32,000 nt of DNA, taken from NCBI RefSeq assembly GCF_008000775.2, contig NZ_CP042905.2, forward strand, positions 1,170,001 through 1,202,000, written 5' to 3'. Below the pieces are notes generated by a model. That model was not told the DNA's origin and ran no database searches. It saw only the letters and a program-made list of their open reading frames with translations. Source of the stretch: Promethearchaeum syntrophicum (lineage in GTDB: Archaea; Asgardarchaeota; Lokiarchaeia; Sigyniarchaeales; Promethearchaeaceae). Within the stretch, counting starts at the first letter, position 1. Each line of letters opens with the position of its first letter. Both the position numbers and the translations under genes were made by a program. Positions 17,928 through 27,559 of the stretch are shown in pieces.

Positions 17928-18256
17928 GAAAATTTCGTTTAATGAACGCAAATGAATATTCATTATCAGTTCATATCTTTTTGGTGATTTATCTAATCTA
18001 TTAGTCTTAAAATAGTGATTTGAATTTTTCCCCAAATGCCATAATAATCATAATATTCACGCAATACACGATTCATATAATGAATTCACTCAAAATTGCT
18101 CTTGAATCGAAAAACAATGCATTAATTTTGAAATTTTTTTATTCTTATATACCTATAATTATAAGGAAAATGAATTATCAGAATTTAAAAATTAAAACCA
18201 AAAAAATTTTTATCATGAATCCTTTTTAAATAATATTCTTAGGTGAGTACAACAGA

Positions 18257-18994
18257 ATGGATAAAGATAAAAAAGAGAATAAAAAGCAAGAAATTGAAGA
18301 AAAGGATAATAAAGTACAAGAAACAAACCCATCTGAGACTTTGAAACCAGATACAAAGAGTAAAAAAGATAAAAAGAAAAAAGAAAAGCCAAAAACAGAG
18401 ATCGAAATATTAAAAGATAAAGTTAAAAAATTAGAAAAACAAGTTGCTGAAGAAAAAAATAAATTTGCCTTTCTTCAAGCCGAACTTGAAAATACCAGAA
18501 AACATTACATCCGTCAGCAAGAAGCAGCTAAAAAAAGAACAAAAATCAATACGATTACATCCTTTACTCCTTTAATTGATAGTTTTGAACTCGCGTTTAA
18601 GAGTAATGAAAAATTATTAGAAAATAACAATGAGAAATGCCAAATAGAAACGTTCGTTGATGGATTTGAAAAACTCTATGAAAATTTGAAAACGATCTTT
18701 GATAAATATGGTGTGAAACCTATTGAAGAAACAAATATTCCCTCAGATTATAGACAGCACGAAGTGATTCTGAGAACCATCAATGATGAACTTCCTGAAG
18801 ATACTGTCCTGCAAATCGTTCATAAAGGTTATAAGATGAATGGTGAAGTAATTCGACCTGCTAAAGTAGTAGTATCAAAAAAAACCCCTATAGTATTACC
18901 TCCTGAACCAATTTCTGATTCTGATAATGGCGAAGAAAAGAATTTAGAAGAAGTAAAAAAGCCTGAAGGGGAAAAACAGATTCCGTTTGAGTAA
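18257..18994 (+). CDS. grpE: Co-chaperone GrpE
   Basis: 'FLQAELENTRKHYIRQQEAAKKR...IDSFELAF...VDGFEKLYENLKTIFDKYGVKPIE...DYRQHEVI...VLQIVHKGYKMNGEVIRPAKVVVSK' is the GrpE core. SD-like AGGTGA at 18241-18246. Confidence 0.93.
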   Translation: MDKDKKENKKQEIEEKDNKVQETNPSETLKPDTKSKKDKKKKEKPKTEIEILKDKVKKLEKQVAEEKNKFAFLQAELENTRKHYIRQQEAAKKRTKINTITSFTPLIDSFELAFKSNEKLLENNNEKCQIETFVDGFEKLYENLKTIFDKYGVKPIEETNIPSDYRQHEVILRTINDELPEDTVLQIVHKGYKMNGEVIRPAKVVVSKKTPIVLPPEPISDSDNGEEKNLEEVKKPEGEKQIPFE

Positions 18995-19002
18995 TTTTTT
19001 CA

Positions 19003-20070
19003 TTAACTATCTTCGATTGTTTTTATACCATTAATTAACAACAAGTTATCTACTTGATTTTCCATCCAATCAATTAATTCATTTATTCCTGCACGTTTTG
19101 GAAGACTCGAAAATATAATTTGCCAGTCACGATCATGAATATCGTTCAATTTAAATTTCTCACTTATTACTTTTAGATTTTTATCGCAACCAGGCAAATC
19201 GGTTTTATTTACTAAAAACAACAAAGGAATTCCTTTTAATTCATATAGATTTAACATATTCCAAAGCTCTTCTTTTGCTTCCAAAAATCTTTCTGAATCT
19301 GCACAATCCAAAACATATAATAATAAATTGCTAGCTTGTGCACCTCGTAACCAATCAGATCGAAATATTTTTTGTCCAGGCATATCCCAGCATACAAGTT
19401 TCACCCCAGAATCCAGTTTAACATTTGTGATTCTGAATTTTTTTGTGGGGGGAAAATAATCAAAATTAAATTTACCCGTGGATAATAAGCGCATAAGAGA
19501 AGATTTTCCAGCAAAATCAATGCCATAAACGAAAACTTTAACTAATGGGTTGCTGTTGGAATCAATCATCACTTTATTGATTTCTTTTTGAAAAACTAAG
19601 GATTCATCATCATATTTTCTTATATCGATAAATAATGTTAGTAATAAATTTGATTTATTTTTAATTTTATCAGTTTTATTAACTTTCTCGAAAGTTTCTA
19701 GGTATGAAACCATCAGATACTCTTGAAACAATCGAATCAGTTCATTACGGTAATCATATGGATTAGCATCTTTTTTAAAAACTAAACCTAAGATATATTG
19801 ATAAGGTAATGGAATGACTAATAAATTAACACCATTAACTTGAATCGCTTTTGAATTTGCATGTAAAAAATCATCTGTGAAGTGCTCAGGTTGATAGTTT
19901 TTTTCTAAAATAGTTTTTTGACTTATAATTATTTGCCGAACTATTTCATTAGAATCAAATAGTATATCTTCATCAGGATATGCAAGATACGCATTATTAA
20001 AATTGTCTGAATTTATTTCATTGCTATTATTTTCAGGGATCAAATTCATTAAGAAGATATTTTCAAGCAT
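19003..20070 (-). CDS. Arf-like small GTPase with ~170-residue N-terminal domain
   Basis: G1 'VFVYGIDFAGKSS', switch II 'CWDMPGQ', Arf-like 'LLLYVLDCADSERFLEAKEELWNML', G4 'NKTDLP'. The N-terminal half is a separate folded-looking domain. Confidence 0.93.
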   Translation of the reverse strand: MLENIFLMNLIPENNSNEINSDNFNNAYLAYPDEDILFDSNEIVRQIIISQKTILEKNYQPEHFTDDFLHANSKAIQVNGVNLLVIPLPYQYILGLVFKKDANPYDYRNELIRLFQEYLMVSYLETFEKVNKTDKIKNKSNLLLTLFIDIRKYDDESLVFQKEINKVMIDSNSNPLVKVFVYGIDFAGKSSLMRLLSTGKFNFDYFPPTKKFRITNVKLDSGVKLVCWDMPGQKIFRSDWLRGAQASNLLLYVLDCADSERFLEAKEELWNMLNLYELKGIPLLFLVNKTDLPGCDKNLKVISEKFKLNDIHDRDWQIIFSSLPKRAGINELIDWMENQVDNLLLINGIKTIEDS

Positions 20071-20445
20071 GATACAAATTCATCCATAATAAGATACGTT
20101 TAATTCTATTGAAAAAATATATTTTTATTTTTAAATTCTCGCTATTTCATCATTTAATGAAAAAATTATTTATAAATTAACCCATTTTGGTTAAAATCTC
20201 GGGATTTTTATTATTCTTAATCATGTTTCCCAATATTTAAAAATATAAAAATTTTTGGGTATTTTAAACTCATTTCTGAGTATAACTTAAAATCGATAAT
20301 GATATAGAAAAAAGGATCATATTTTATTTGATTTTCAACCATTTATGAATAAGAAAAATAATTTTTTTAAGTTTTTGTAAGATTTTTATTCAAATAATTA
20401 TTAGAGTACTCACTACCTTAAATTTACAAATTAAGTGAGCATTCA

Positions 20446-22314
20446 ATGTATAATAATTTAATTTCAACAGTTGATTTAGAAAAATTAACTGCTTTAAACA
20501 ACCAAAAATTAATGGACATTGTAGATAAGGCCATTAAATTAATGAAGCCCGAAAAAGTCATTGTTTTAACAGACAATTCTGAGGAGATCGAAAACTTTCG
20601 CAATCTTACTATCGAAGCCAAAGAAGAAAAGAGCTTAGCTATCGAAGGCCATACGATTCATTATGATGGATATTATGACCAAGCCCGAGATAAAGGGCAT
20701 ACTGCTACATTGCTTCCAGCAGGAGAACAACTTAGTCGAGGATTAAATGTTATTGAAAGGAACAAAGGTTTAGAAGAAGTACTTGGTTTTATGGATGGAG
20801 CAATGCAAAACAAGACAATGATCATAAGATTTTTCTGTCTTGGGCCAACCAATTCTAGATTCTCCATTTCTGCATTACAAATAACTGATTCATTCTATGT
20901 TGCCCATTCAGAAGACATATTATATCGCCCCGGTTATGAACAATTTAAGAAATTAGAAGATAAAAATGATTTCTTCTATTTTTGGCACTCCGCGGGAAGG
21001 TTAGATGAGAGGAATACTACAGTTAATATTGATAAACGGAGGATATACATAGATCCTTTAGAAAATCGGGTTCTTTCAGTAAATAACCAATATGCAGGTA
21101 ATAGTTTAGCTTGTAAAAAATTAGCCCTAAGGCTTGCAATTTATAAAGCAAATCATTCAGATTGGTTAACAGAACATATGTTCATTTCGGCTTACTACTC
21201 TCCATTTAAAGATCGAAAAACATATTTTGCAGGGGCATTTCCATCAGCCTGTGGAAAAACCAGCACTGCAATGATTCCAGGAGCAACCATTGTAGGAGAT
21301 GATATTGCTTATATTAAAGAGGGTCCAGAAGGAGAAATGCGCGCAGTAAATATTGAACAAGGAATTTTTGGGATAATTAAAGATGTCAATGCACAGGATG
21401 ATCCTGAAATTTTTAAAGCAATCACAACTCCTAAAGAAATAATCTTTTCAAATATACTCACAACAGCAGATGGAAAAACCTATTGGCAAGGTATGGGAAA
21501 AAATGTGGAGATTCCAAAAGAGGGTTATAACCATTCAGGATCTTGGAAAGAAGGAGATAAAGATAAGGATGGAAATATTATCCCTCTTTCCCATCCAAAT
21601 TCTCGATTTACTGTTGGTATAAGTGAACTTGAAAATGTTGATGAAGCTTTGCATGCAAGTGAAGGCGTTCAAATTGATGCCATTTTATACGGAGGTCGAG
21701 ATAGTTATACAACAGTTCCCGTAGCGGAAAGTCTAAATTGGCGACATGGTGTCTTTATTGGTGCCACTATTGAATCTGAAACAACCTCTGCCACGCTTGG
21801 AAAATCTGGAGTTCGAAAATCAAATCCAATGGCTTGTATGGACTTTATAATTGTGCCTTTAAGCCTCTATTTCAAAAATCATTTAAAATTCGGTCGAAAA
21901 TTAAAGCAATGCCCAAAAGTTTTTTCCACTAACTATTTTCTAAAAGGGGAAAACGGGCAATATCTGAATACAAAGCTTGATAAAAAAGTATGGGTATTAT
22001 GGGCTGAAGGGCGAGTTCATGGTGATTATGATGCAATTCTCACTCCTATCGGTAATATTCCCAAATATGAAGATTTGAAAAATCTATTTTCTAATGTTTT
22101 TGACGGACGAGTTTACAGTAAAGAAGAATATAAAGAGCAATTTTCATTACATATTGATCTTTATTTAGAGAAATATCAACGAATGGAAGAGCTTTTCAAA
22201 GATGAACCGGATATGCCGTTAGAATTTTGGGATGAACTCACAAGAATCCGAAATGGATTGGAAAATCTTCAAAATCAGAAAGGGAAGAATGTAATATCTC
22301 CGTTCGATTTGTAA
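20446..22314 (+). CDS. pckG: Phosphoenolpyruvate carboxykinase (GTP)
   Basis: 622 aa. 'FAGAFPSACGKTSTAMIPGATIVGDDIAYIK' kinase motif, 'VLSVNNQYAGNSLACKKLALRLA', 'GYNHSGSWKEGD', 'RKSNPMACMDFI'. Confidence 0.96.
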   Translation: MYNNLISTVDLEKLTALNNQKLMDIVDKAIKLMKPEKVIVLTDNSEEIENFRNLTIEAKEEKSLAIEGHTIHYDGYYDQARDKGHTATLLPAGEQLSRGLNVIERNKGLEEVLGFMDGAMQNKTMIIRFFCLGPTNSRFSISALQITDSFYVAHSEDILYRPGYEQFKKLEDKNDFFYFWHSAGRLDERNTTVNIDKRRIYIDPLENRVLSVNNQYAGNSLACKKLALRLAIYKANHSDWLTEHMFISAYYSPFKDRKTYFAGAFPSACGKTSTAMIPGATIVGDDIAYIKEGPEGEMRAVNIEQGIFGIIKDVNAQDDPEIFKAITTPKEIIFSNILTTADGKTYWQGMGKNVEIPKEGYNHSGSWKEGDKDKDGNIIPLSHPNSRFTVGISELENVDEALHASEGVQIDAILYGGRDSYTTVPVAESLNWRHGVFIGATIESETTSATLGKSGVRKSNPMACMDFIIVPLSLYFKNHLKFGRKLKQCPKVFSTNYFLKGENGQYLNTKLDKKVWVLWAEGRVHGDYDAILTPIGNIPKYEDLKNLFSNVFDGRVYSKEEYKEQFSLHIDLYLEKYQRMEELFKDEPDMPLEFWDELTRIRNGLENLQNQKGKNVISPFDL

Positions 22315-22326
22315 TTTTTTTTTTTT
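22315..22326 (+). terminator. Oligo-T tract, likely archaeal intrinsic termination signal after pckG
   Basis: 12 consecutive T residues directly after the TAA stop codon. Confidence 0.55.
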
Positions 22327-22522
22327 ATAAAGTTTTTTCCACGTTAATTTTGTGTGACTATTGAATGAAAAAGAAATAATTAATCGGTTAATATATTCTG
22401 GCTATAATTTTATTATAGTATGAAAGAAAAAATAGTAACATACCTCTGAATGTTTCAATATTTAGATCCAGTTTTGTGGAACAGAGGTTAATTTAATAGA
22501 AAAATAAGTTTAGGTGTAAATT

Positions 22523-23854
22523 ATGGGTTTATTTAATTTAAAAGAAAATAAAACAACAGTTAAAACTGAAATTATCGCAGGGATCACGACCTTTATGACT
22601 ATGGCGTATATCATAATTGTAAATCCTGCAATTCTCGAAGGAGCAGGTCTAGAATTTACCGGAATCTTGTTCGCCACTGTGCTGATTTCAGGTGTAATGT
22701 CGATTGTAATGGGTTTAATCAGTAATAATCCATATGCCGTTGCTCCCGGAATGGGGTTGAATGCCTATGTTGCGTATACTGTTTATACTGGCGGGATTAC
22801 ATGGGCAGAGGTAATGGGTGCTATTATTATAGCGGGTGCTATGTTAACCATTATGTCCTTTACTCCTGTTAGTAGCGGGCTCTTGAAAGCAATTCCTAAA
22901 TCTTTACGGTTTGGATTAGCGGCGGGAATTGGTATCTTTTTAGTTATTATTGGATTTTCGGATTCTGGTATAATTGTGACCGGGAGTGCTACAATTCTTG
23001 AATTAGGGCCGGTAAATCTTCAATTTGGGCTATTCATGTTCGGGTTGATTTTAACTTCATTCTTAATGATCAAAAAAGTAAAAGGTTCTTTCCTGATTGG
23101 AATAGTTGGAACCGCACTTTTGGGCGGTCTTTTCTCAATCGTTGGATGGGGGACTACATTTATTGATTCAACTTTCGAACCAATTGTGGTGGATTGGGCA
23201 AATATATTTGCATTGCCGAATACCGTGTATTTGTTTGACTTTGATCTAGGCGCAATTTTAAATCCTGCTTTGATCATTCCGATTTTCACATTGGCATTTA
23301 CCGACCTCTTTGATTCAATTTCTACTTTCTTGGGTGTTTCTGAAGTAGGAGGGTTGTTAGATGAAGAAGGAAATCCAAAAAATTTTAAAAGAACATTGAT
23401 TGCCGATAGTTTGACAACTATGATGTCAGGATTTGCGGGAACTTCCGACGCAACAACTTATATTGAAAGTGCCGCTGGTGTAGAACAAGGCGGACGAACT
23501 GGATTGACTGCGATTGTTACTGGTTTGTGTTTCTTGCCATTTATGTTTTTCAGCCCTTTACTTTCAGCAATTCCAGGATATTCAACTGGTCCAATTTTAG
23601 TTCTCTTGGGTGTTTTGATGTTCCGACCTCTGATGTCTCTTGATTGGTCCGATTATGAGGAAGCCATTCCAGCATTTGTTGCAATGATTATGATCCCATT
23701 GGCATATTCTATTACATATGGAATCATCTTCGGTATTTTATTCTATGTATTATTGAAAATCTTTGCTAAAAAAGCCAAGGAAATCAATGCATGGCTCTGG
23801 GTTACTTTTGCATTCGCCATTCTTGCCTTTGTCGCAGATAATTTCCTTTTGTAA
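22523..23854 (+). CDS. NCS2-family xanthine/uracil/adenine-guanine permease (AzgA-like)
   Basis: 'VKTEIIAGITTFMTMAYIIIVNPAIL', 'NNPYAVAPGMGLNAYVAYTV', 'FTDLFDSISTFLGVSE', 'ADSLTTMMSGFAGTSDATTYIESAAGVEQGGRTGLTA'. Confidence 0.95.
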   Translation: MGLFNLKENKTTVKTEIIAGITTFMTMAYIIIVNPAILEGAGLEFTGILFATVLISGVMSIVMGLISNNPYAVAPGMGLNAYVAYTVYTGGITWAEVMGAIIIAGAMLTIMSFTPVSSGLLKAIPKSLRFGLAAGIGIFLVIIGFSDSGIIVTGSATILELGPVNLQFGLFMFGLILTSFLMIKKVKGSFLIGIVGTALLGGLFSIVGWGTTFIDSTFEPIVVDWANIFALPNTVYLFDFDLGAILNPALIIPIFTLAFTDLFDSISTFLGVSEVGGLLDEEGNPKNFKRTLIADSLTTMMSGFAGTSDATTYIESAAGVEQGGRTGLTAIVTGLCFLPFMFFSPLLSAIPGYSTGPILVLLGVLMFRPLMSLDWSDYEEAIPAFVAMIMIPLAYSITYGIIFGILFYVLLKIFAKKAKEINAWLWVTFAFAILAFVADNFLL

Positions 23855-24130
23855 TCTACTTGTTTAGTAGATTTCAATTTTTTTTTATATTTTGTTCTTT
23901 TTGATCTATTGGTTGTAATGCTAATTCTGAGATCCTATAGTAGAATTAGAACGTTTAAAACATGATTACTTTCCTCTATGGTGTAAATAGAGACTTAAGG
24001 TATAAAAAAAAAAGATAAATTTTCAATTCTTAACTGACATACTTCTTTAAAACGTTATAGGGCTATTCAAATTTGAAAGAGGTTAAGAAGAATGAAAAAA
24101 AACTCATTTCTGTATTTAGTCAATGAGATA

Positions 24131-24688
24131 TTATTTAGTGTTAAAACTGAATTCTTCAGGCCCCATGAACATAATTAACAAGGCTGGAAGAACTATTAAT
24201 ACAACTCCAGCACTGTATGTACATATCGCTACTATGATTCCATAGGCTAACATTTTTGGTATTTGAATGCTGCCAATAACAAAAACATCATTTACCAAGA
24301 AACTCCAGTCTTTTTCTTTCGATTTCTCGGCATATATTTTTCCATATGTCCAAACTAAATACGCCATGGCAACAACACTTAGCAAGTTCCATACTCCTGC
24401 AAAAATTCCCCCACCAATAAAGCTGATAATTGCACCTATTATTAAGAAAATTGATATTATTGCTAGAATTATCCATGAGAATTTTCCCAAAAATGAGACA
24501 AACTCTTCTAATGATTTCCACGTACTATCATCTCTAGTTCTTGGAGTTGCTTTTTTTTTAGCAATTTTGCTTGCTTCTTCGACAGTTGTTGGAGTTTCTT
24601 CCGGTATATCGTGGCCACACTTAGGACATACCTTCGCTCCTTCTAATCTTTGCCCACATTCGGGGCAAAACTTCTCAAAATACGACAT
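24131..24688 (-). CDS. Double zinc-ribbon N-terminus plus multi-TM membrane protein
   Basis: 'FCPECGQRLEGAKVCPKCGHDIPEETPT' then about 4 hydrophobic segments. Confidence 0.8.
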   Translation of the reverse strand: MSYFEKFCPECGQRLEGAKVCPKCGHDIPEETPTTVEEASKIAKKKATPRTRDDSTWKSLEEFVSFLGKFSWIILAIISIFLIIGAIISFIGGGIFAGVWNLLSVVAMAYLVWTYGKIYAEKSKEKDWSFLVNDVFVIGSIQIPKMLAYGIIVAICTYSAGVVLIVLPALLIMFMGPEEFSFNTK

Positions 24689-24810
24689 AAATTTTCACTT
24701 TATCACGAACCATATAGGTGTGATTGATTTATTCTATGGTTTTAATTATTTATATAAGTTTTTAAGCTGAAATTAATAAAATGAAAAAAATGAGAATTGG
24801 AAAAAATATT

Positions 24811-27090
24811 TTATAGGAATTCTTTAAAATGGGTTTCCACAAGTTTTCCGTCATCGGTAAAAAACCCCATGTTTCCAGTCCAATTTTCGAGAATATCTCC
24901 GTGTTTTTTTTCAAAATCTTCAATCGTACTTTTTAATGCCAATCGGATAGTAGAATTTTCCCGATCCGCAAATACGGCAGTAAAAAATGGAAATTTTTCA
25001 GAGTATTCTAAGATAACCTTTTTATCACCTGAATCAATGCCTCTTAGAAGGTCACTGCTTCTAGTTGTTTCTTGGATAAAGCCGGTTAAAGCACTAAACA
25101 TTCCGCTTACTAATGCGGGATCTACAGGTGAGCCTTTATCCCCTCTGAAATTGTAGTAAAATAGATCTCTTCCATCAATATAGAGTATATAAAGACCATC
25201 TATTCTCGCTTTTTCATGAGTAAATGAGAATTCAGGGACCCACCAAGATAAAATTTTCCTTTCAGTTAGATCTTTGAGTAAATCATGTAGATTCTGAGTT
25301 TCATATAAAGAATTGTAGAGTTCAGTTAATTCTTGACCAGTTAATCCATTGCTATTTTCCAATTTTAATATTAGATTTTTCAATTTAGGATCTTTTATTT
25401 CCGCTGTATCTATATTTTTGATGGTAATTAGATATTCGGGGTTTTTTTGGAAATCTTTGAAAGTAACCAATTCCTGTATGCTTGAATAGGTTATTTTCTC
25501 TACAAATTTATTTTCTTTAACAATTGTTTTTGTCATAAACTTCTTATTGATAAAAGCTATTAGATATCCATACAAAATAAATGAAACATATGGGCGTAAT
25601 ACTAAAAATGGATAAGCTAATATAGACAATACAATATTATTTGAAAAATTAGAGTTCATAAATCCTGTTCGCATGGTTATAAAATCGAAATTCATCTCCA
25701 TGCTAATTGGCGCGCTCGTAATCCACACAGCATCTGGACCTATATATGTGGGACTTAATGTTGAATAGAATTCAGGAATAAGTAAATAAAACAATATAGA
25801 TATTATAAACAAAAAGATACAGAAAAAGAATATTGATATTCCGCTGAAAGCATTTAATTGAATTGATTTTGCAAAGAAATATGCTATTACGAGCATTACG
25901 AGAATAACATGCAAAGAATCGATGAAAATTAGCAATTCTGTGATAGAAATAATGCCCAACGTAGGTGTTTCTGCAACTAAAGATAGTGTTAAGAAATCAA
26001 CTCCACCCTCAATAGTTGCAGTTATACTTAGTTTTAAAAACATTACTCCAAATTTAATAAAAATTACAATTGCAGCGGCAACGATGCTATAGGCAATTAC
26101 TATACTATTATTTGATATCTGTGATTTAACATTTTCTTTGGATTTCTTTTCCTGAGCTATTTTCCGCTCTAAGCGATTTTTTCTCCAATATATTAATTTC
26201 AAGAATATTAATATACTGATCGGCTCAAAAATTCGTAATAATATTATAAAAATAAATGCCCCCATGAAGAAATAAGCAAAAAAGTACAAAATAAGTACAA
26301 TACTATCAATTTTTTGTGCAATGAATAGAAGAATCGAAAGAATTGCAATAGGAGTACCTATTTGTGTCAAGCTTGTAAAAAATTTTGATTGAATTTGTTC
26401 CCCGATAAATCTCCCTTTAAACGATATCTTGCTTGATTTTATAAGCTGGTAGCAAAATAGAAATGTTACAATATATACAAAGAGAATTTCCAAAAACCAT
26501 CCTAATGCATCTGAAGATTCTGCCACATTCGTAGGTTCAACGTTAGCTATATCAAGAATTACAACTAAAATATATAAGGAGATTGGTAATAAAATTAAGA
26601 ATGCCATAAGCAATTCTTTTTCTTTTTTCCAATCCTTAGCCGTTAAGGATTTGATTATCATCTCTCGAGGACTTTCAGAGAATTCAAAATTAATTTTTGA
26701 ATATTTCTCATCCATTGTACCTGGTTCAGATTTTAATCGGAAATATAAAACCAACATCGATATAAATGGGGAGATGATGAATATTAGAGGTAAAATTACA
26801 AAAGGATATTGAAGATATAAGAGTAACATGGAAAAAGAGCGTTCAAATAAGAAAATTATTAAATAACCAATATTATTTTTTTCATTTTCTCCTAACGGGA
26901 TTTCTTTCACATCTTGGAAAATCGCAGGAAGAACCCAATAAATCAAGAAAAATATACATAGACCGAAATAAAACCTTCTGTAGATTAATCCGATTTTCTT
27001 TTTCCTTAAAAATATTAAGGGTATTGCAAAAATCAACACTGGAAACAAATTTATTACAATGCTTAATATAAAATCAATTGTTTCAGCCAT
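24811..27090 (-). CDS. Polytopic membrane protein (about 11-13 TM) with C-terminal soluble domain of possible longin/roadblock-like fold
   Basis: 759 aa with many hydrophobic helices through about residue 545, then a soluble tail ending 'IDGLYILYIDGRDLFYYNFRGDKGSPVDPALVSGMFSALTGFIQETTRSSDLLRGIDSGDKKVILEYSEKFPFFTAVFADRENSTIRLALKSTIEDFEKKHGDILENWTGNM'. Confidence 0.85.
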   Translation of the reverse strand: MAETIDFILSIVINLFPVLIFAIPLIFLRKKKIGLIYRRFYFGLCIFFLIYWVLPAIFQDVKEIPLGENEKNNIGYLIIFLFERSFSMLLLYLQYPFVILPLIFIISPFISMLVLYFRLKSEPGTMDEKYSKINFEFSESPREMIIKSLTAKDWKKEKELLMAFLILLPISLYILVVILDIANVEPTNVAESSDALGWFLEILFVYIVTFLFCYQLIKSSKISFKGRFIGEQIQSKFFTSLTQIGTPIAILSILLFIAQKIDSIVLILYFFAYFFMGAFIFIILLRIFEPISILIFLKLIYWRKNRLERKIAQEKKSKENVKSQISNNSIVIAYSIVAAAIVIFIKFGVMFLKLSITATIEGGVDFLTLSLVAETPTLGIISITELLIFIDSLHVILVMLVIAYFFAKSIQLNAFSGISIFFFCIFLFIISILFYLLIPEFYSTLSPTYIGPDAVWITSAPISMEMNFDFITMRTGFMNSNFSNNIVLSILAYPFLVLRPYVSFILYGYLIAFINKKFMTKTIVKENKFVEKITYSSIQELVTFKDFQKNPEYLITIKNIDTAEIKDPKLKNLILKLENSNGLTGQELTELYNSLYETQNLHDLLKDLTERKILSWWVPEFSFTHEKARIDGLYILYIDGRDLFYYNFRGDKGSPVDPALVSGMFSALTGFIQETTRSSDLLRGIDSGDKKVILEYSEKFPFFTAVFADRENSTIRLALKSTIEDFEKKHGDILENWTGNMGFFTDDGKLVETHFKEFL

Positions 27091-27559
27091 GAATTAATAT
27101 TTCGAGAACTCATTAAAAAATTTGAGTGTTTTTCTTTTAACCACCATTTAGTTTCCCATAAAAAAGTCCCCAGAAAAATTCAATTTTCATTACAATTTGC
27201 CTCAAACCACACATTTGAGAGCAATCTTTAAAATCGATCTAAATAGCTATTTCCTATTGTTTCGGATTTTCTTAATATTTTTTACGATTTTTCGTATTAA
27301 CAAAATTTCTCATGAATAAAATAAGTTTGAATTACCTTATGGAGATATTATTGACATTTACGGCCGAATGTAAAGAAATAAGAGTTAGAATGATAAAAAA
27401 AATAAGTTTTAAATTAAAGTTTTTCTTACTTCTTTTGATATAATTTACTTGATTTTTTCCATGTTTCTTTTCCTAAACCACCCTAAACATTTTTTAGTAA
27501 TAAAAATCAACTTTTTTTTATCGAATAAAATCGTAATTAATTTCGATGATGTGAAAAAA

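Noticed and set aside
18020-18229. 69 aa plus ORF between the small orphan ORF and grpE
   Set aside because: AT-rich, unusual composition (MNFSPNAIIIIIFTQYTIHIMN...), no SD-like motif or family; likely spurious.
24267-24770. 167 aa plus-strand ORF
   Set aside because: Almost entirely antisense to the well-supported zinc-ribbon/TM gene (24131-24688, -), and its sequence looks like an antisense reading with no domain.
24797-25156. 119 aa plus-strand ORF
   Set aside because: Antisense to the C-terminal tail of the multi-TM protein, with no independent coding support.
27449-27559. N-terminal 37-residue extension of the DUF11-like ORF, which looks hydrophobic
   Set aside because: Checked as a possible signal peptide, but the sequence (MIFSMFLFLNHPKHFLVIKINFFLSNKIVINFDDVKK) reads like translated AT-rich upstream DNA and the downstream MARKRKKK start is more natural. 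Not certain, so start mapping would decide.
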